Source: Enoplolaimus lenunculus (Eukaryota). Taken from it: 64,000 bases of DNA. Both the position numbers and the translations under genes were made by a program. The stretch covers positions 558,001-622,000 of the forward strand of contig JASANG010001737.1 of NCBI GenBank assembly GCA_030248215.1, given 5' to 3'. This document shows positions 46,401 through 53,403 of this stretch, piece by piece (positions within the stretch are counted from its first letter, which is position 1; each line of letters begins with the position of its first letter). A model generated the notes under the pieces. It did no database searches and was not told the origin of the DNA. It worked only from the letters and a program-made list of their open reading frames with translations.

Positions 46401-46877
46401 ATCCGCGTTTTCGATTACGTGCAAAAATGGATGATCGCTCGTTAACAAACGTGTGTGCAGCTGTCGAATTTTGTGCTGTACAAAATGTACCACCGGCAGT
46501 TGCGTTTTTGGCCAACCTCCTTGGGGTCAAAATTGTCACGAGACTGAAATTCATATTTTATTGTATTACACTGAAATGTTGTCTGCTCATGTTTTTATCA
46601 AAATTTAATGTGGAATAAGTCTAATATTGACCGTCACCCCAATTAACGGGAGTTGGTCAAAAACACAACGAGTTCTGGTACATTTTGTACCACGAACAAC
46701 CTAGCAAGCAGAGTCGCACACTCTTGTATTATAATCATCAACTCTTGTTTTTAGGTATTGGCTTTTTGGATTCGTACGCTGCGTAAAATTGCCAAAAAAT
46801 CGTGGTTGACATTTTTAGAAGACGTTCTCAAAACGTATTATCGCGGAGGCGTTATTCCGTCAGAATTGATTGGTTAA
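1033..46877 (+). CDS. Multi-exon gene (5'-partial, 43 exons, ~6.66 kb CDS): >=31 sushi/CCP domains + short stalk + class B2/adhesion-like 7TM receptor without GAIN
   Basis: Exons joined manually at AG/GT sites give one continuous frame with compatible phases. CCP C-..-C-..-G-..-C-..-P-x-C pattern occurs 31 times, then seven hydrophobic segments with a TM3 Cys and ECL2 CW; stop TAA at 46875-46877. Confidence 0.85.
1254..1522. mobile_element. GGCC-ended MITE with internal (CCTAAG)n
   Basis: Ends agccaatgtttacttttagg / ctaaaagtaacatgggcc; TSD gaaattat / aaaattat. Confidence 0.8.
2050..2226 (+). CDS. CCP exon 2 (177 nt)
   Basis: tttcag|..|gtaatt; RCPNFHTLYSATVPSDGKSFYEGITITYSCDAGFTMYGSPTSTCLPDGTMSHPPPICK. 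Confidence 0.9.
3054..3236 (+). CDS. CCP exon 3 (183 nt)
   Basis: tttcag|..|gtaaac; NCTVTDINYGTVTTNPVGLTTISPPSTVTYQCDAGYHLVGTSALNCLQGGIYDDAIPSCK. Confidence 0.9.
4253..5411. repeat. Five ~232-bp tandem units, each a truncated forward copy of CCP exon 4 (TGG>TAG) plus an inverted copy
   Basis: Acceptor+TAATCTGCCACG recurs at 4253, 4485, 4717, 4948, 5180 and 5412; the sequence between copies is the reverse complement of the exon 5' half plus upstream intron. Confidence 0.95.
5412..5588 (+). CDS. CCP exon 4 (177 nt, type C), the only complete copy in the array
   Basis: atacag|..|gtaaat; ICHDPVTIQFGSFVTSSNPVYDGQTVTYTCDPHYWTSTNGVLTCQSNALYDISEPVCK. Confidence 0.85.
5841..5994. mobile_element. GGCC-ended MITE
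   Basis: ggccaatgta..tacatgggcc; perfect 8-bp TSD caaatttt. Confidence 0.85.
6272..6451 (+). CDS. CCP exon 5 (180 nt, type A)
   Basis: tttcag|..|gtaaag; KCYPDTIAYGNHVDQTNPVIESTTVTYSCTDLTTHVLIGDPVQLCLNDGSFNVSTPSCE. Confidence 0.9.
7507..7683 (+). CDS. CCP exon 6 (177 nt, type B-like)
   Basis: ttttag|..|gtaagg; ICPVPIAIANGSRVVSGEPRLAGITVRYQCDPGFHLVGQAILNCLSTGAYDSPAPVCK. Confidence 0.9.
8447..8623 (+). CDS. CCP exon 7 (177 nt, type C')
   Basis: tttcag|..|gtaagt; ICPDPAPLANGSVTASTDPLYDGQTLNYVCNSTHSLVGSAVLTCNADATYDSMPPVCK. Confidence 0.9.
9826..9890 (+). pseudogene. Decayed 5' fragment of a type D CCP exon
   Basis: tttag|AG then TSVIPSLGGNATNHDSQPSVR, resembling exon 8 ICLSPPAVGNATNQVSQSNVP; first Cys lost and similarity then ends. 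Confidence 0.55.
10198..10380 (+). CDS. CCP exon 8 (183 nt, type D)
   Basis: ttttag|..|gtgatt; ICLSPPAVGNATNQVSQSNVPVIEDIYYVYTCDTGYYMIGNDTLECLITGSFDKKPPVCK. Confidence 0.9.
11420..11596 (+). CDS. CCP exon 9 (177 nt, type C')
   Basis: tttcag|..|gtaagt; LCSDPAPPNNGSIVLSSTPIFDGQTASYKCDQNYSMVGNAVLTCTDSGQYDYQPPVCK. Confidence 0.9.
11555..12180. repeat. Triplication (~225-235 bp unit) of the exon 9 3' end + donor site, with an inverted fragment in each unit
   Basis: CAGACAGTGGTCAGTATGATTACCAGCCTCC..AAAC|GTAAGT starts at 11555, 11780 and 12015; acgcttacacacaggagg is a near reverse complement of the exon end. Confidence 0.9.
12715..12897 (+). CDS. CCP exon 10 (183 nt, type D)
   Basis: ttttag|..|gttagt; ICPQPPALNNSSKQVNKPGAPVIEGVNFVYVCDERYHMLGNATLECVITGQYDKPPPTCE. 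Confidence 0.9.
13328..13764. mobile_element. hAT-like non-autonomous element
   Basis: cagg..ccctg ends with imperfect TIRs; perfect 8-bp TSD ataaaagc. Confidence 0.8.
13824..14000 (+). CDS. CCP exon 11 (177 nt, type C)
   Basis: ttttag|..|gtgagt; ICPAPVPIANATFTTSSTPVYDGQTIQYSCDTNYWLQGNATLTCQHDGTYDFSEPDCK. Confidence 0.9.
14808..14987 (+). CDS. CCP exon 12 (180 nt, type A)
   Basis: tttcag|..T|gtatgt; ICYPDSINYGSRNDSTTPVIEGSTVTYSCVDPSTRAILGEAVLLCLDSGLFDYPTPSCE. Confidence 0.9.
15376..15552 (+). CDS. CCP exon 13 (177 nt, type B)
   Basis: ttgcag|..|gtgagt; FCNDPTPVGNATVTVSGSPIFAGVNATYECMPGYYLIGQNVLICQPNATYNSVEPICY. Confidence 0.9.
16407..16444. repeat. (ATT)n microsatellite ~20 bp upstream of the exon 14 acceptor
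   Basis: Uninterrupted tattattatt.. run. Confidence 0.95.
16466..16642 (+). CDS. CCP exon 14 (177 nt, type C)
   Basis: tttcag|..|gtaagt; ICPHSLPINNGSYTVTSSPIYENQQVTYSCDANYWMIGASTLICSSDGSYHTAKPVCK. Confidence 0.9.
17356..17535 (+). CDS. CCP exon 15 (180 nt, type A)
   Basis: tactag|..T|gtaggc; MCYPPDIDYGYRIHSSTPVIENSTVTFYCNDTTVRALNGEMMLVCLPSGQFDRDIPSCE. Confidence 0.9.
17896..18072 (+). CDS. CCP exon 16 (177 nt, type B)
   Basis: tttcag|..|gtaagt; FCTEPVQVGNATVVVDSRPIFAGVNATYQCVEGYHLIGQDVLTCQPNAKYNSNEPSCY. Confidence 0.9.
18707..19002. mobile_element. Harbinger/PIF-like fold-back MITE (relatives ~32963-33244 and ~60503-61271)
   Basis: TIR agccctattcatacgtgcaag / cttgtacgtgtaaatggggct; TAA on both sides. 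Confidence 0.7.
19053..19229 (+). CDS. CCP exon 17 (177 nt, type C)
   Basis: ttttag|..|gtgagt; ICPTPVNVGNASYVSTSTPVYDGEKVTYTCDLNYWMLGEAMLTCQSDGTYTTKEPVCR. Confidence 0.9.
19334..19596 (+). mobile_element. piggyBac-like MITE, copy 1
   Basis: TTAA|CCCTTTC..GAAGGGG|TTAA; near-identical copies at 41422-41654 (inverted) and 63181-63442. Confidence 0.85.
19946..20125 (+). CDS. CCP exon 18 (180 nt, type A)
   Basis: ttacag|..T|gtaagg; ICYPEEIDFGFHNDSTAPVIDGATVPYRCDDPTTRAVQGADILTCTPTGSFDHSTPSCE. Confidence 0.9.
20330..20592 (+). pseudogene. Decayed type A CCP exon duplicate split by a MITE
   Basis: VPSALAV*TEAVVTC before the insertion and CTTSGPFDHPTPLCE T|gcaagc after it (donor GT>GC); following intron bases resemble those after exon 18. 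Confidence 0.7.
20382..20542. mobile_element. hAT-like MITE (relatives near 49467, 51724 and 53644-53812)
   Basis: TIR caggaccgtagcca / tggctgcggacctg; 8-bp TSD cctgcgta / cctgtgta. Confidence 0.75.
21417..21593 (+). CDS. CCP exon 19 (177 nt, type B)
   Basis: tttcag|..|gtaaat; FCNNPAEVGNATHVVSSYPIFKGVTVTYQCVTGYHMVGESMLTCQSNATYDYPVPSCY. Confidence 0.9.
22343..22542. mobile_element. GGCC-ended MITE with (TTAGGC)n core
   Basis: ggcccatgta..cacataggcc; perfect 8-bp TSD aacaccgg. Confidence 0.85.
22598..22964. mobile_element. CAAGAG-ended MITE
   Basis: TIR caagagtggatgat / atcatccactcttg. Confidence 0.75.
23031..23210 (+). CDS. CCP exon 20 (180 nt, type C)
   Basis: ttttag|..|gtatat; ICPEATVIDNANQVVVTGAPVYDGRQVKYTCDTDYFMLGVAALTCNSEGFYDSAVPICK. 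Confidence 0.88.
23585..23764 (+). CDS. CCP exon 21 (180 nt, type A)
   Basis: ttacag|..T|gtaagt; MCYPDQTAHGYHVNSTDPVIDGSNVTFYCDDPTTRAIRGESVLKCLPSGQFDHPTPSCE. Confidence 0.9.
24639..24815 (+). CDS. CCP exon 22 (177 nt, type B)
   Basis: tttcag|..|gtgagt; FCNSPATIANGSLTVQSTPIFQGVTATYECATGYFLVGQSVLTCQADAVFDVDVPTCK. Confidence 0.9.
25117..25293 (+). CDS. CCP exon 23 (177 nt, type C')
   Basis: ttttag|..|gtgagt; ICPNVTPVANGSVFASSNPVYSGQNLTYSCNVTHSLVGVTVMTCTDDGNYTGLAPVCK. Confidence 0.9.
25367..25614. mobile_element. CAC..GTG-ended AT-rich MITE (copies ~12350-12600, ~14098-14346, ~29824-30072)
   Basis: Four near-identical ~250-bp copies in both orientations; TA flanks at this copy. Confidence 0.8.
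26286..26468 (+). CDS. CCP exon 24 (183 nt, type D)
   Basis: ttttag|..|gtatta; ICPSPPMVGNASYTVSQPGVAVIEGVYYVYKCAAGWLMLGNDTLECLITGHYDKRPPTCE. Confidence 0.88.
26866..27152. repeat. 49-bp minisatellite, ~6 copies, each with GTGACGTCAC
   Basis: Unit ctcgtgacgtcacctaaacgaagcagacaagtatagaccatcagaccat repeated nearly identically. Confidence 0.95.
27546..27722 (+). CDS. CCP exon 25 (177 nt)
   Basis: ttccag|..|gttagt; ICSDPERLANGMWSATRIPIIEGDTVSNDCYNGYFLVGADVQLCQSSGMFSQPNPICY. Confidence 0.9.
28318..28644. mobile_element. CAAGAG-ended MITE
   Basis: caagagtgga..gcactcttg; flanks gtctaag / gtgaaag. Confidence 0.7.
28859..29038 (+). CDS. CCP exon 26 (180 nt; only CCP with the canonical Trp)
   Basis: tgccag|..|gtaaaa; ICPDPANIDHGQFRTSSTPNIMNVTANYHCDSGYFLVGQPRLKCQRNGTWNSFETPICK. 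Confidence 0.9.
29287..29359 (+). mobile_element. tRNA-like sequence, probable tRNA-derived SINE head or pseudo-tRNA (CGC at the anticodon position)
   Basis: 73 nt; acceptor stem GGCCGCG/CGTGGCC+A, A-box-like TGGTGTAACG, B-box GTTCGATTCC; anticodon and T stems imperfect. Confidence 0.6.
30143..30316 (+). CDS. CCP exon 27 (174 nt)
   Basis: ttatag|..|gtatga; ICEPQNIDDGSFNVSRTPLIEGRTVTYSCDQQRHLVGNKVLSCLADGRFDHGPPECS. Confidence 0.9.
30580..30743. repeat. 28-bp GC-rich minisatellite, ~6 copies
   Basis: Unit agggataggtcgcggcgggtgcgaaacc. Confidence 0.95.
31283..31396 (+). CDS. CCP 28, first half (114 nt)
   Basis: ttacag|..A|gtaagc; ICPTPDPVSFGSFTQSSVVITRNVTVNFTCDLGMVLT. Confidence 0.85.
31982..32104 (+). 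CDS. CCP 28, second half with an inserted Cys-loop (123 nt)
   Basis: ttttag|GT..G|gtaagc; (S)FDCGNSNSESSCSSRIHSSNLLTLTCLANGEYDNAYPSCV. Confidence 0.8.
33863..34033 (+). CDS. CCP exon 29 (171 nt)
   Basis: ttttag|..|gttagt; CKTDLSLTHGFVTYSHDPMISNGTVSFTCDPKYKLIGDPNATCVAREYDRNPPVCR. Confidence 0.9.
35278..35469 (+). CDS. CCP exon 30 (192 nt)
   Basis: ttctag|..|gtacga; ICDPPQAATNRLNSVFWSTNNTVEILDGDSIEFHCYDEYLLVGAQLLTCQSDHNYDNEEPQCK. Confidence 0.88.
36061..36245. mobile_element. GGCC-ended MITE
   Basis: ggctcttgttactttt..aaaagtaacattggcc; TSD gaaaatag / gaaaataa. Confidence 0.8.
36387..36575 (+). CDS. CCP exon 31 (189 nt, last CCP)
   Basis: atttag|..|gtaata; ICFGHPNDVSNGDLTVEREQGFVIEGLTITTDCDENYELDGNAVATCTSNGLLDPSVANCTY. 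Confidence 0.85.
37732..37748 (+). CDS. Stalk microexon (17 nt, phase 1-0)
   Basis: tttcag|AAAAGAAACCAAGGCTG|gtaagt; (K)KKPRL. Confidence 0.6.
37808..37843 (+). CDS. Stalk microexon (36 nt, phase 0-0)
   Basis: acgtag|..CAG|gtcagt; RENPQSLENSEQ. Confidence 0.5.
38690..38726 (+). CDS. Stalk microexon (37 nt, phase 0-1)
   Basis: Long pyrimidine tract ttttcag|..G|gtatgc; SPHSKAVNDILG. Confidence 0.6.
39257..39376 (+). CDS. Stalk end + TM1 (120 nt, phase 1-1)
   Basis: cgtcag|..G|gttagt; LRTYRTNELALSDTSCDLIEQISNVSTLPSFSCSIAFLA. Confidence 0.7.
39652..39718 (+). CDS. TM1 end + ICL1 (phase 1-2; alternative in-phase donor at 39730)
   Basis: gttcag|..CG|gtgcta; (V)LILRAERFAVPLLEDLLLTDD(R); supplies the phase change needed for the next exon. 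Confidence 0.6.
39740..40156. mobile_element. GGCC-family MITE with an internally expanded composite repeat
   Basis: (cctaag)n interleaved six times with cgtatggatgagcctatt-like spacers; ends catgggcc. Confidence 0.8.
40222..40321 (+). CDS. TM2 exon (100 nt, phase 2-0)
   Basis: tttcag|..AAG|gtaaaa; VWHLSRLLQNIVEVGLLLTHVLILINVDPTTFK. Confidence 0.8.
41117..41279 (+). CDS. TM3-ICL2-TM4 start (163 nt, phase 0-1)
   Basis: ttacag|..G|gtttgt; DNTLCNATAAGIQLFTVLHFTGLLVQGMQAGCVVANLFSMKTIISGWAYACFSI. Confidence 0.8.
41422..41654 (-). mobile_element. piggyBac-like MITE, copy 2
   Basis: TTAA|CCCCTTC..GAAAGGG|TTAA; reverse complement of 19334-19596 with an internal deletion. Confidence 0.85.
42192..42258 (+). 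CDS. TM4 end-ECL2 (67 nt, phase 1-2)
   Basis: tttaag|..AG|gtatga; (A)VSSLCTTLTAVYHFEDYRADL(S). Confidence 0.75.
43002..43188. mobile_element. AGGGT-ended MITE (relatives ~8653-8833 and ~21238-21397)
   Basis: TIR agggttgcgctatac / gtatagcgctaccct; TA flanks; GACGG-rich core. Confidence 0.7.
43298..43506. mobile_element. GGCC-ended MITE
   Basis: TSD gtctccac / gtatccac. Confidence 0.8.
43596..43748 (+). CDS. ECL2 CW-TM5-ICL3 (153 nt, phase 2-2)
   Basis: ttgtag|..AC|gtaata; CWINIDNVTFAATLIPASILAYAALAFAEAAGIHEEPVIPMQNVIRKVSA. Confidence 0.85.
44133..44446. mobile_element. CAAGAG-ended MITE with 7-bp TSD (P-element-like)
   Basis: caagagtg..cactcttg; perfect TSD gtaatat; body matches ~57933-58229. 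Confidence 0.8.
44473..44691. mobile_element. TIR MITE (relatives ~2300 and ~33616)
   Basis: gcccatattctcaaatgcgtatagcacctatc / gataggtgctacacacatttgaaaatacgggc. Confidence 0.7.
44913..45081 (+). CDS. TM6-TM7 exon (169 nt, phase 2-0)
   Basis: tttcag|..CGA|gtaagt; FCQKWLIIKVVLSYATWLVGAISMFYRHGVLIAVASTLHVVLGIVIFVFHITEEPR. Confidence 0.88.
46755..46877 (+). CDS. Terminal exon: helix 8 + C-tail + stop
   Basis: ttttag|VLAFWIRTLRKIAKKSWLTFLEDVLKTYYRGGVIPSELIG* (TAA). Confidence 0.8.
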   Translation, partial: VLAFWIRTLRKIAKKSWLTFLEDVLKTYYRGGVIPSELIG

Positions 46878-46878
46878 A

Positions 46879-46884
46879 AATAAA
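46879..46884 (+). promoter_or_regulatory. Candidate polyadenylation signal AATAAA (others near 46986 and 47093)
   Basis: AATAAA immediately after the stop codon; common by chance in AT-rich DNA. Confidence 0.35.
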
Positions 46885-49800
46885 AATGACCATACTGTAG
46901 CTTGATTAAAGAAACTTGGTAAAAAAACACACCGCAGGGCCTGTGACCAAGTTTGAAATTAGCAATGTAACATAGTTTCAACTGGAATAAAATCAAATTA
47001 GAATCGGAATCGGAACACAATTTTCTCTTGTGAGCAGTAATTTTTTTTTGCTTTAAACTTTTTCTGAACACATTAATTCGTTAAATGGGGCAAATAAAAG
47101 TTGATTTTCATTCGTTACACAGTATTATAAGCATATTCCTAAGCCTAAGCCTAAGCCTAAGCCTAAGCGTAAGAATGAGTTTATTCCTAAGCCTAAACCT
47201 AAGCCTAAGCCAATAAATATTCAAAGCTTAAGCTTACTCTATTCCAGTCCCACAGAAAAACATTCTGTCCCTGATCTTTACATGGGCCGTTCTCGGTGTA
47301 AATTTGAAACATTCTACAACTTCGAACCCAATACTCGCCTGCGCTAATTATATATAAAATTGTATATTATTAAAGCTGGAATGCCCCAGAACCGTATTTT
47401 AAGAAGCGTTCTAGCTGTTTTGAGGAATGTTTCATATGTAAACATGAGACAACATATATATGCAAATTAGAACACACTTTTTCAAAGCCAATGTAAGTAC
47501 ATGATACAGCAGAGAGTTTCAAAGTGAACCAGAACGTAAATAAACAGTACTACACAGTTTTCAGCAATAAAAAGTGTTGGAAGGAATGTTCTTTGTTTGA
47601 AAATTCGCAACCACGTTGACTATCCAATCTTAGCTCACAGAATATTTGACCAGAATCGTGATTCGAAACGGTCTATTTTTTAGACTTTCAACTGTATCCT
47701 ACTAAATCTAGCAAATTAGATTTTGAGCATTATTCACATGTTTGTAAAATCATTTGGAGGCTAAGGAACTGAACCTATATACTTGTATCAATTTAACTCC
47801 ACTGACGGAAAAATATTTGACGCATCTGTCCCGGAAACTGCTCTTTCCCGCAGCAAAAATTTAGGTTTCAAAGTTCTGCCGCATGTTTTGGATGTCCCAT
47901 CGAAAACCATACAGTAACCGTTTACCCGTCAGAAACATGCATTTTAGTTGAAGATTGTGCAACATCTGAACTTGGCGTGTACGGTTGCTAGGTATAAAGA
48001 TACAAATAAATTGAAATAAAAGGGCGATATTTTATAAATTACAAATAAATTGAAATAAAAGTGCGATATTTTATAAATTTTTGAACCCCAAAATTTGCGT
48101 GAGCTGTCCTTCAATCTAAAAATCTGATAGGGCCATAGGATTATCAAAAACCATGAGCCATATAAACGGGCCCATGTTACTTTAAGAGGTGCCCAGGATT
48201 CTGGTGGGCCTATAGAAGTGTAGGATTATATTCTATATTACATTTTTTTTGCTTAGGCTTAGGAACACATTTTTGCAACGTTTATTTCTAGGCTTAGGCT
48301 TACGCTTAGGAATACACTTAATCTGCTGTTACGCTCCTGAGAGTAACTGACCGATAAATGGGAGGAAAGCTTTTCTGCAGGATTGCAATAGAATAAGCTT
48401 ACGCTTTCAGACTATTGTTTGCTTAGATTTTATACTTGGCCTTAGGTATAAGCTCAATTTTCAGCTAAAGCGTGGACTTAGAGATATGCTTATACTACTG
48501 TCACAACCCTGCTTTGTATATTGGCCAAAACCATAAACTAGGCTAGTTAGAATGTGATCCCCCAAACTAGAAATTTTAAAATATTGTCAACCCAAATATT
48601 ATACCTTCAAAGTTTGGCTACTTAAATCTAATCTGTGCACTTATATTAGCATACACCGAAGCCTTAAAGCAAAACATTAGTCTAAAGCTTAAGCTTACTC
48701 TCTACCGGAGTCCGCCAGACAACAGCAGGTACGCCCGCCAAAGTAAAAATGGGCCGACCTTAACGTAACTAACTTTCCATGGTACATAATGCCTCAAACA
48801 AAGACTAGAAACTGGATCCCTATGGTGAATTTTGTGCCATTTTCATAAATATTCATATAAATTCTATACTGTCAGCAAAATGTCATCTCATTTTTTGGGT
48901 TGTGTTGCTTCTTATTTAGTAACAGGATACTCTCACATTATTTGTTCTGTACCTTTCATGGCTTTTCAAGGACATCGAGTTTAGAATAAACTTTGACGGT
49001 TGACAATCTTGATACCTCTTCTGTAACCGGGGAGTGGACCCGAGCGAAAAATGTAGTACATCCCCCCTCCGCAACATTTATTGCAATGACACGAAATGGA
49101 CACTTTTACAGTCTTGTAGCTAGAATAATTTGGTTACGGGCAAACAATTGTATAGTTGGCTACGATAGATCGCAACCAAATATTTTAGACAATATTATTC
49201 CCTTTCGATATGATGAAATCATCGCTACGAACGCTGTCTATACGGTTCCGTGCACACTCAGCTTAGCGTCTAAAAAGGCTTCGGATAATATTTTGCCTAA
49301 AGTCATTCCCGGTTTATGTCTGTTATAAAACTCTGCTGAATACACATAAGCTAAAAAACGCGTTTAAAACAGACACTATCGTGACAGCTTCATTTTCAAA
49401 TATATTTTCACCAAACTCATTTATGTGTCGAAAGTTTTAGCTTAATAAATAAATACTCATACGTTCAGGCTCGCAGCCAGCTCAACGTTTGCTAGGGGAC
49501 GGCGAAAAGTTTTCAACAACGGCATACAATGGTTTTCGATGACTTACAACAAGCAAGGTTGAAAATATTCTAGTGATGCTGAAATCTTTTTTCCAAAGAC
49601 CATCAGCAGTTTCGACTGGCGTCAATCTAGCTAGAGGCCCACATCAACTATTATCGAACTGTGACCTATAGGTATGCATGAAGTTGGTTAAGCACGAAAA
49701 TTATACTCTGAAACTAAAACTAGTCGGTTGATGAGGGTACCGGTAATCTTTTTTTGAGTTCATGCCTATACACAAACTTGCGAAATTTAAATAAACCGGT

Positions 49801-52745
49801 TTTTGAAATTTTAAACTATTAAGATATCCTGCTGATTAGTGATGGGCATCGGATTTTTTTCATATCCGGATATCCGGCAATTCGGATATCCGGCAATTCT
49901 TGCCGGATATTTATCCGGATATCCGGATATCCGGTGCCCATCTATACTGCTGATGCATGTGCCGGAGCTCACCTTGCTATAGGGCTGCTGCAGAACTGTA
50001 ACAGCAGGATACAGGGGTGTCCTAAACATACTATCAAGCCAGGTAAAAAAGCCTAAACTAAACCTTTAAACATAAGCTTAATTCTAAACCTAAGCCTAAA
50101 TCCTAAGCCTCCTGTTCTCTAAGTCATTCAATATACCAGTCTTGCATAGTTGGCAGAATTATAATTAAAATGGACATGTGCCAATGCTCATGCCAATGTA
50201 AAGAACAAGGGCGGAACATATTATAAGCATCTTCTTAAGCCTTTGCCTAAGCCTAAGCTTTGGCATAAGCATAAGAATGAGCATATTTCTAAGCCTAAGC
50301 CTAAACCAAGCCAAAATATTAGTCTAAAGTTTAAGCGTACTCTTTTCTAGTCCCACAAGAAAACGGTCCTTTATGTTTACATGGGCCCAATTGTCAAAAC
50401 GTACCCTTCGCTGATGAAACTAATCTTTAAGCCAAGGTTATAAATTAGGCACCGCTATTTCGGGATTGGATATTTCCACTTTATCGCTGCCCTTATGCTC
50501 GCACCAGTGCAATGGTAAAAAACGATAAGATCAGTTTATTAGCAACAAACTACACAGACTTCTACTCGTAAAAGTGTTCTAAATGAAATTATTACATTTC
50601 CAGCCAGCGCAAACGCTGATAAAACCGTGTATTCTTTAATGAGGAAAGTGTAGAAAAACACGACAATTAGGTTAGACTTTGTTTGCAGCGAAAAGCAAAG
50701 ACACGCGGAACAAGGTTGTTTACGGTCAGTTGGACACACCTAGAAAAGTGTACTGCAGTGACTCGAATAAGAAGGGGTAATAAGAGGGGGTCTCCATTTG
50801 TGAATTCCAAACAATAGGAGTCCTTATCCCTAATAACTGTCCGTAAGCGGACGGAGTCCCTAAACTTTAATCAGAGTCCATAAATGTCAATTATCCCAAA
50901 TTATAGTGCATCACTGACTCCAGCACCAATTACAGTTGAGTTCGAAACTTTAAAGCGTACTTAAGTTTTGAAAGTACATTCCTAAGTACAAGCTTGCATT
51001 ATAGCTAAAACTATTTTTACACGAGACAAATAAATGTTTTATTCAACAAATAGTTGCAATACTAAATACATCAGCAAAACGAAGGGTGGGTTAAAAATAA
51101 ATAATAGTTCGTAACCGAATAACAGGGGGGTACCCTCTGGAGTGGCCAAATAAATATCAATTCCCCTCCCCTCTTATTCGGGACACTACAGTAGGCGTGT
51201 CGCTGACAACCCTTATGTATTCCAAAACTAAAGTTTCGAATTAGAATTTAAAACATTTAATGAAAAAATTATTTTGGCTTTTCGCTCGGATCACTCGCAA
51301 AGTTTTCGACACTGTCTGTACTGTTTGACCATTGGTTGTCTACCAAAGATGGGATTCCTTATCAGATTTGAAGGACCGTCCGCTTTGGGTGTTACCTGAT
51401 GATTCGACACCATGGCCTATGTATAGAACAGAACCGCAACAGTAGTATAAACATATTCTAAAACCTAAGACTAAACAAAAAATAGTCTAAAGCTTAAAGG
51501 TTACGCTATTGCGGTCGTACAGAAAAACGTTTCGCACCTGACTTTTCATAGACCGACACTCCTATAGAAAAATATCATTCTCGTGTCGCTGAACAAATAA
51601 ACGCTACAGCGTTAAAGTGAGATGGGAAGACGAAAAAGTTTTGTTCATATTCAAAACAGCTGTCGAAACAAGATGGTTGCGTCTCGTTTGGCATTTGATA
51701 TAAGATAATCTTTATGTTCGTTTCAGATCCGTAGCCAGCTCACCTTGCTAGTGGAGGCTACAAATGTTTCGGCGCATAGCAGGCTTTGTGTTGACTTGTA
51801 CAAGCAAGATTGAGCATTTTCTAGAGGTGACAAAATTTTTCCATGGGGGGTTGAGTGACATTGGCAGCCCACCCCCTTAGCTACGGGCAGGATTAGTTTA
51901 GAGACATCGCTTTTTTATAGTCGTTTGTTTGTACAGGTAGTAGTTATTCATTTTTAGGCTTGAAAACTAATTACAGTTCCTTCCTGAATTATAGCAGTCA
52001 TTTGAATATTATCTTAGCCAAGGTTTGCAAATTATTAAACCTCGAGTGTAATCGCTTCAATATTTGTAGTCTACTGTGAAGATGTAATTCTCAACTGTTC
52101 GCAGCAGGGTGCAACCGAAGATGAATAATACCGGAGACGGAGCCGGAGGTGGAAACAATTCTACCGGCGCCGGAGGCCGATTTTCTGCCGGAGCCGGAGG
52201 CAGATGGTCAGATTGTAATTGGATTTTGACCGAATTACGGTGAGCTATTGATCTCAAATATAACTCACAACTGTTTGGATGGATAAAATTCAAAGAATAT
52301 GCTGTATTACGAATCTTTCGCTTTTCATTGGTTTGACAGTAATGAGATCCATAGCTGGTGGTAGGTGCTACCCAAATCCAATACGTCACTTTTGTCTCGT
52401 CTAAATCCCGTGTATGACCGTCTTATTAACTTTTAGCCCTGCGAGCAAGCTGAGCTGACTACGGTCGTGTTCATCTTGCACTCGCTTTGTAGAACCCAAA
52501 AGGTGGCTCGATTGAGAAACAGATTCAAGTATGAGAATGAAAATTCATACCGTGAGATTCTGCTGTTTTCGGTCCAAGCAAAGATCAGGGGCGGAACGTA
52601 TTTCTGTAAAACTACAATAGATTAAAGCGTAAGCTTTAGACTATTTTGTTTTGCTTCGGCTTTGGCTTGAGTTCATTTTTACGCTTTAGGCTTAGGCGTA
52701 GACTTAAGGCCATGATTATACTACTACTGTTACGGGTCTTTTCTA

Positions 52746-52956
52746 CACTGCAAAAAAATGGAGAGTCAAATTGACTCCCTCCGAGATAGGCTCTACGGGA
52801 CTACACAAACTGAGCCAAATTCGACTCTGCCAGAGTCAAACGTGCGACTAAGTGATTCGAATTTGACACCTGGCGGAGTCGCATTTGACTCAGTTTGTGT
52901 AGTCCCGTAAAGCCTATTTCAGAGAAAGTCAATTTGACTCACCATTTTTTGCAGTG
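52746..52956. mobile_element. CACTG..CAGTG palindromic MITE (CMC/EnSpm-like) nested in a GGCC MITE (~52571-52968)
   Basis: Long near-perfect hairpin with TA flanks; host element ends continue on both sides. Confidence 0.8.
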
Positions 52957-53188
52957 TATACATTGGCCAGCTTTCAGTAAACAAATTAATTAGTTGTCAC
53001 GTTCGTGAACGACAGAATGTAGTTTACAAGTGACAACATTTAAAAGCTGCGATGAAACCAGCTGTATCTTAAATCACGCACTTCCTATAATTGATCCCTT
53101 TGCGTTTAATTATCCTGAACGACAACAACAATTTTATTTACAAACGGTTGCTGACAGCTAAGATCTTGGGTATAGCTTAACAAAGGTA

Positions 53189-53376
53189 CACTGCAAAAAA
53201 TGGTGAGCCAAATTGACTCTCTCCGAAATAGGCTCTACGGGACTACACAAATTGGGTCAAATTCTACTCATTTAGCCGCACGTTTGACTCTGGCGGAGTC
53301 GAAATTGACTCAGTTTGCGTAGTCCCGTAGAGCCTATTTCGGAGGGAGTCAATTTGACTCCCCATTTATTGCAGTG
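53189..53376. mobile_element. CACTG..CAGTG palindromic MITE
   Basis: Same family as 52746-52956; TA flanks. Confidence 0.8.
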
Positions 53377-53403
53377 TATTTGCATTCGGTGAAATAAACT
53401 GTG

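Noticed and set aside
50533..50739. Terminal exon of a minus-strand gene
   Set aside because: An acceptor and AATAAA are present, but there is no identifiable protein or upstream exons.
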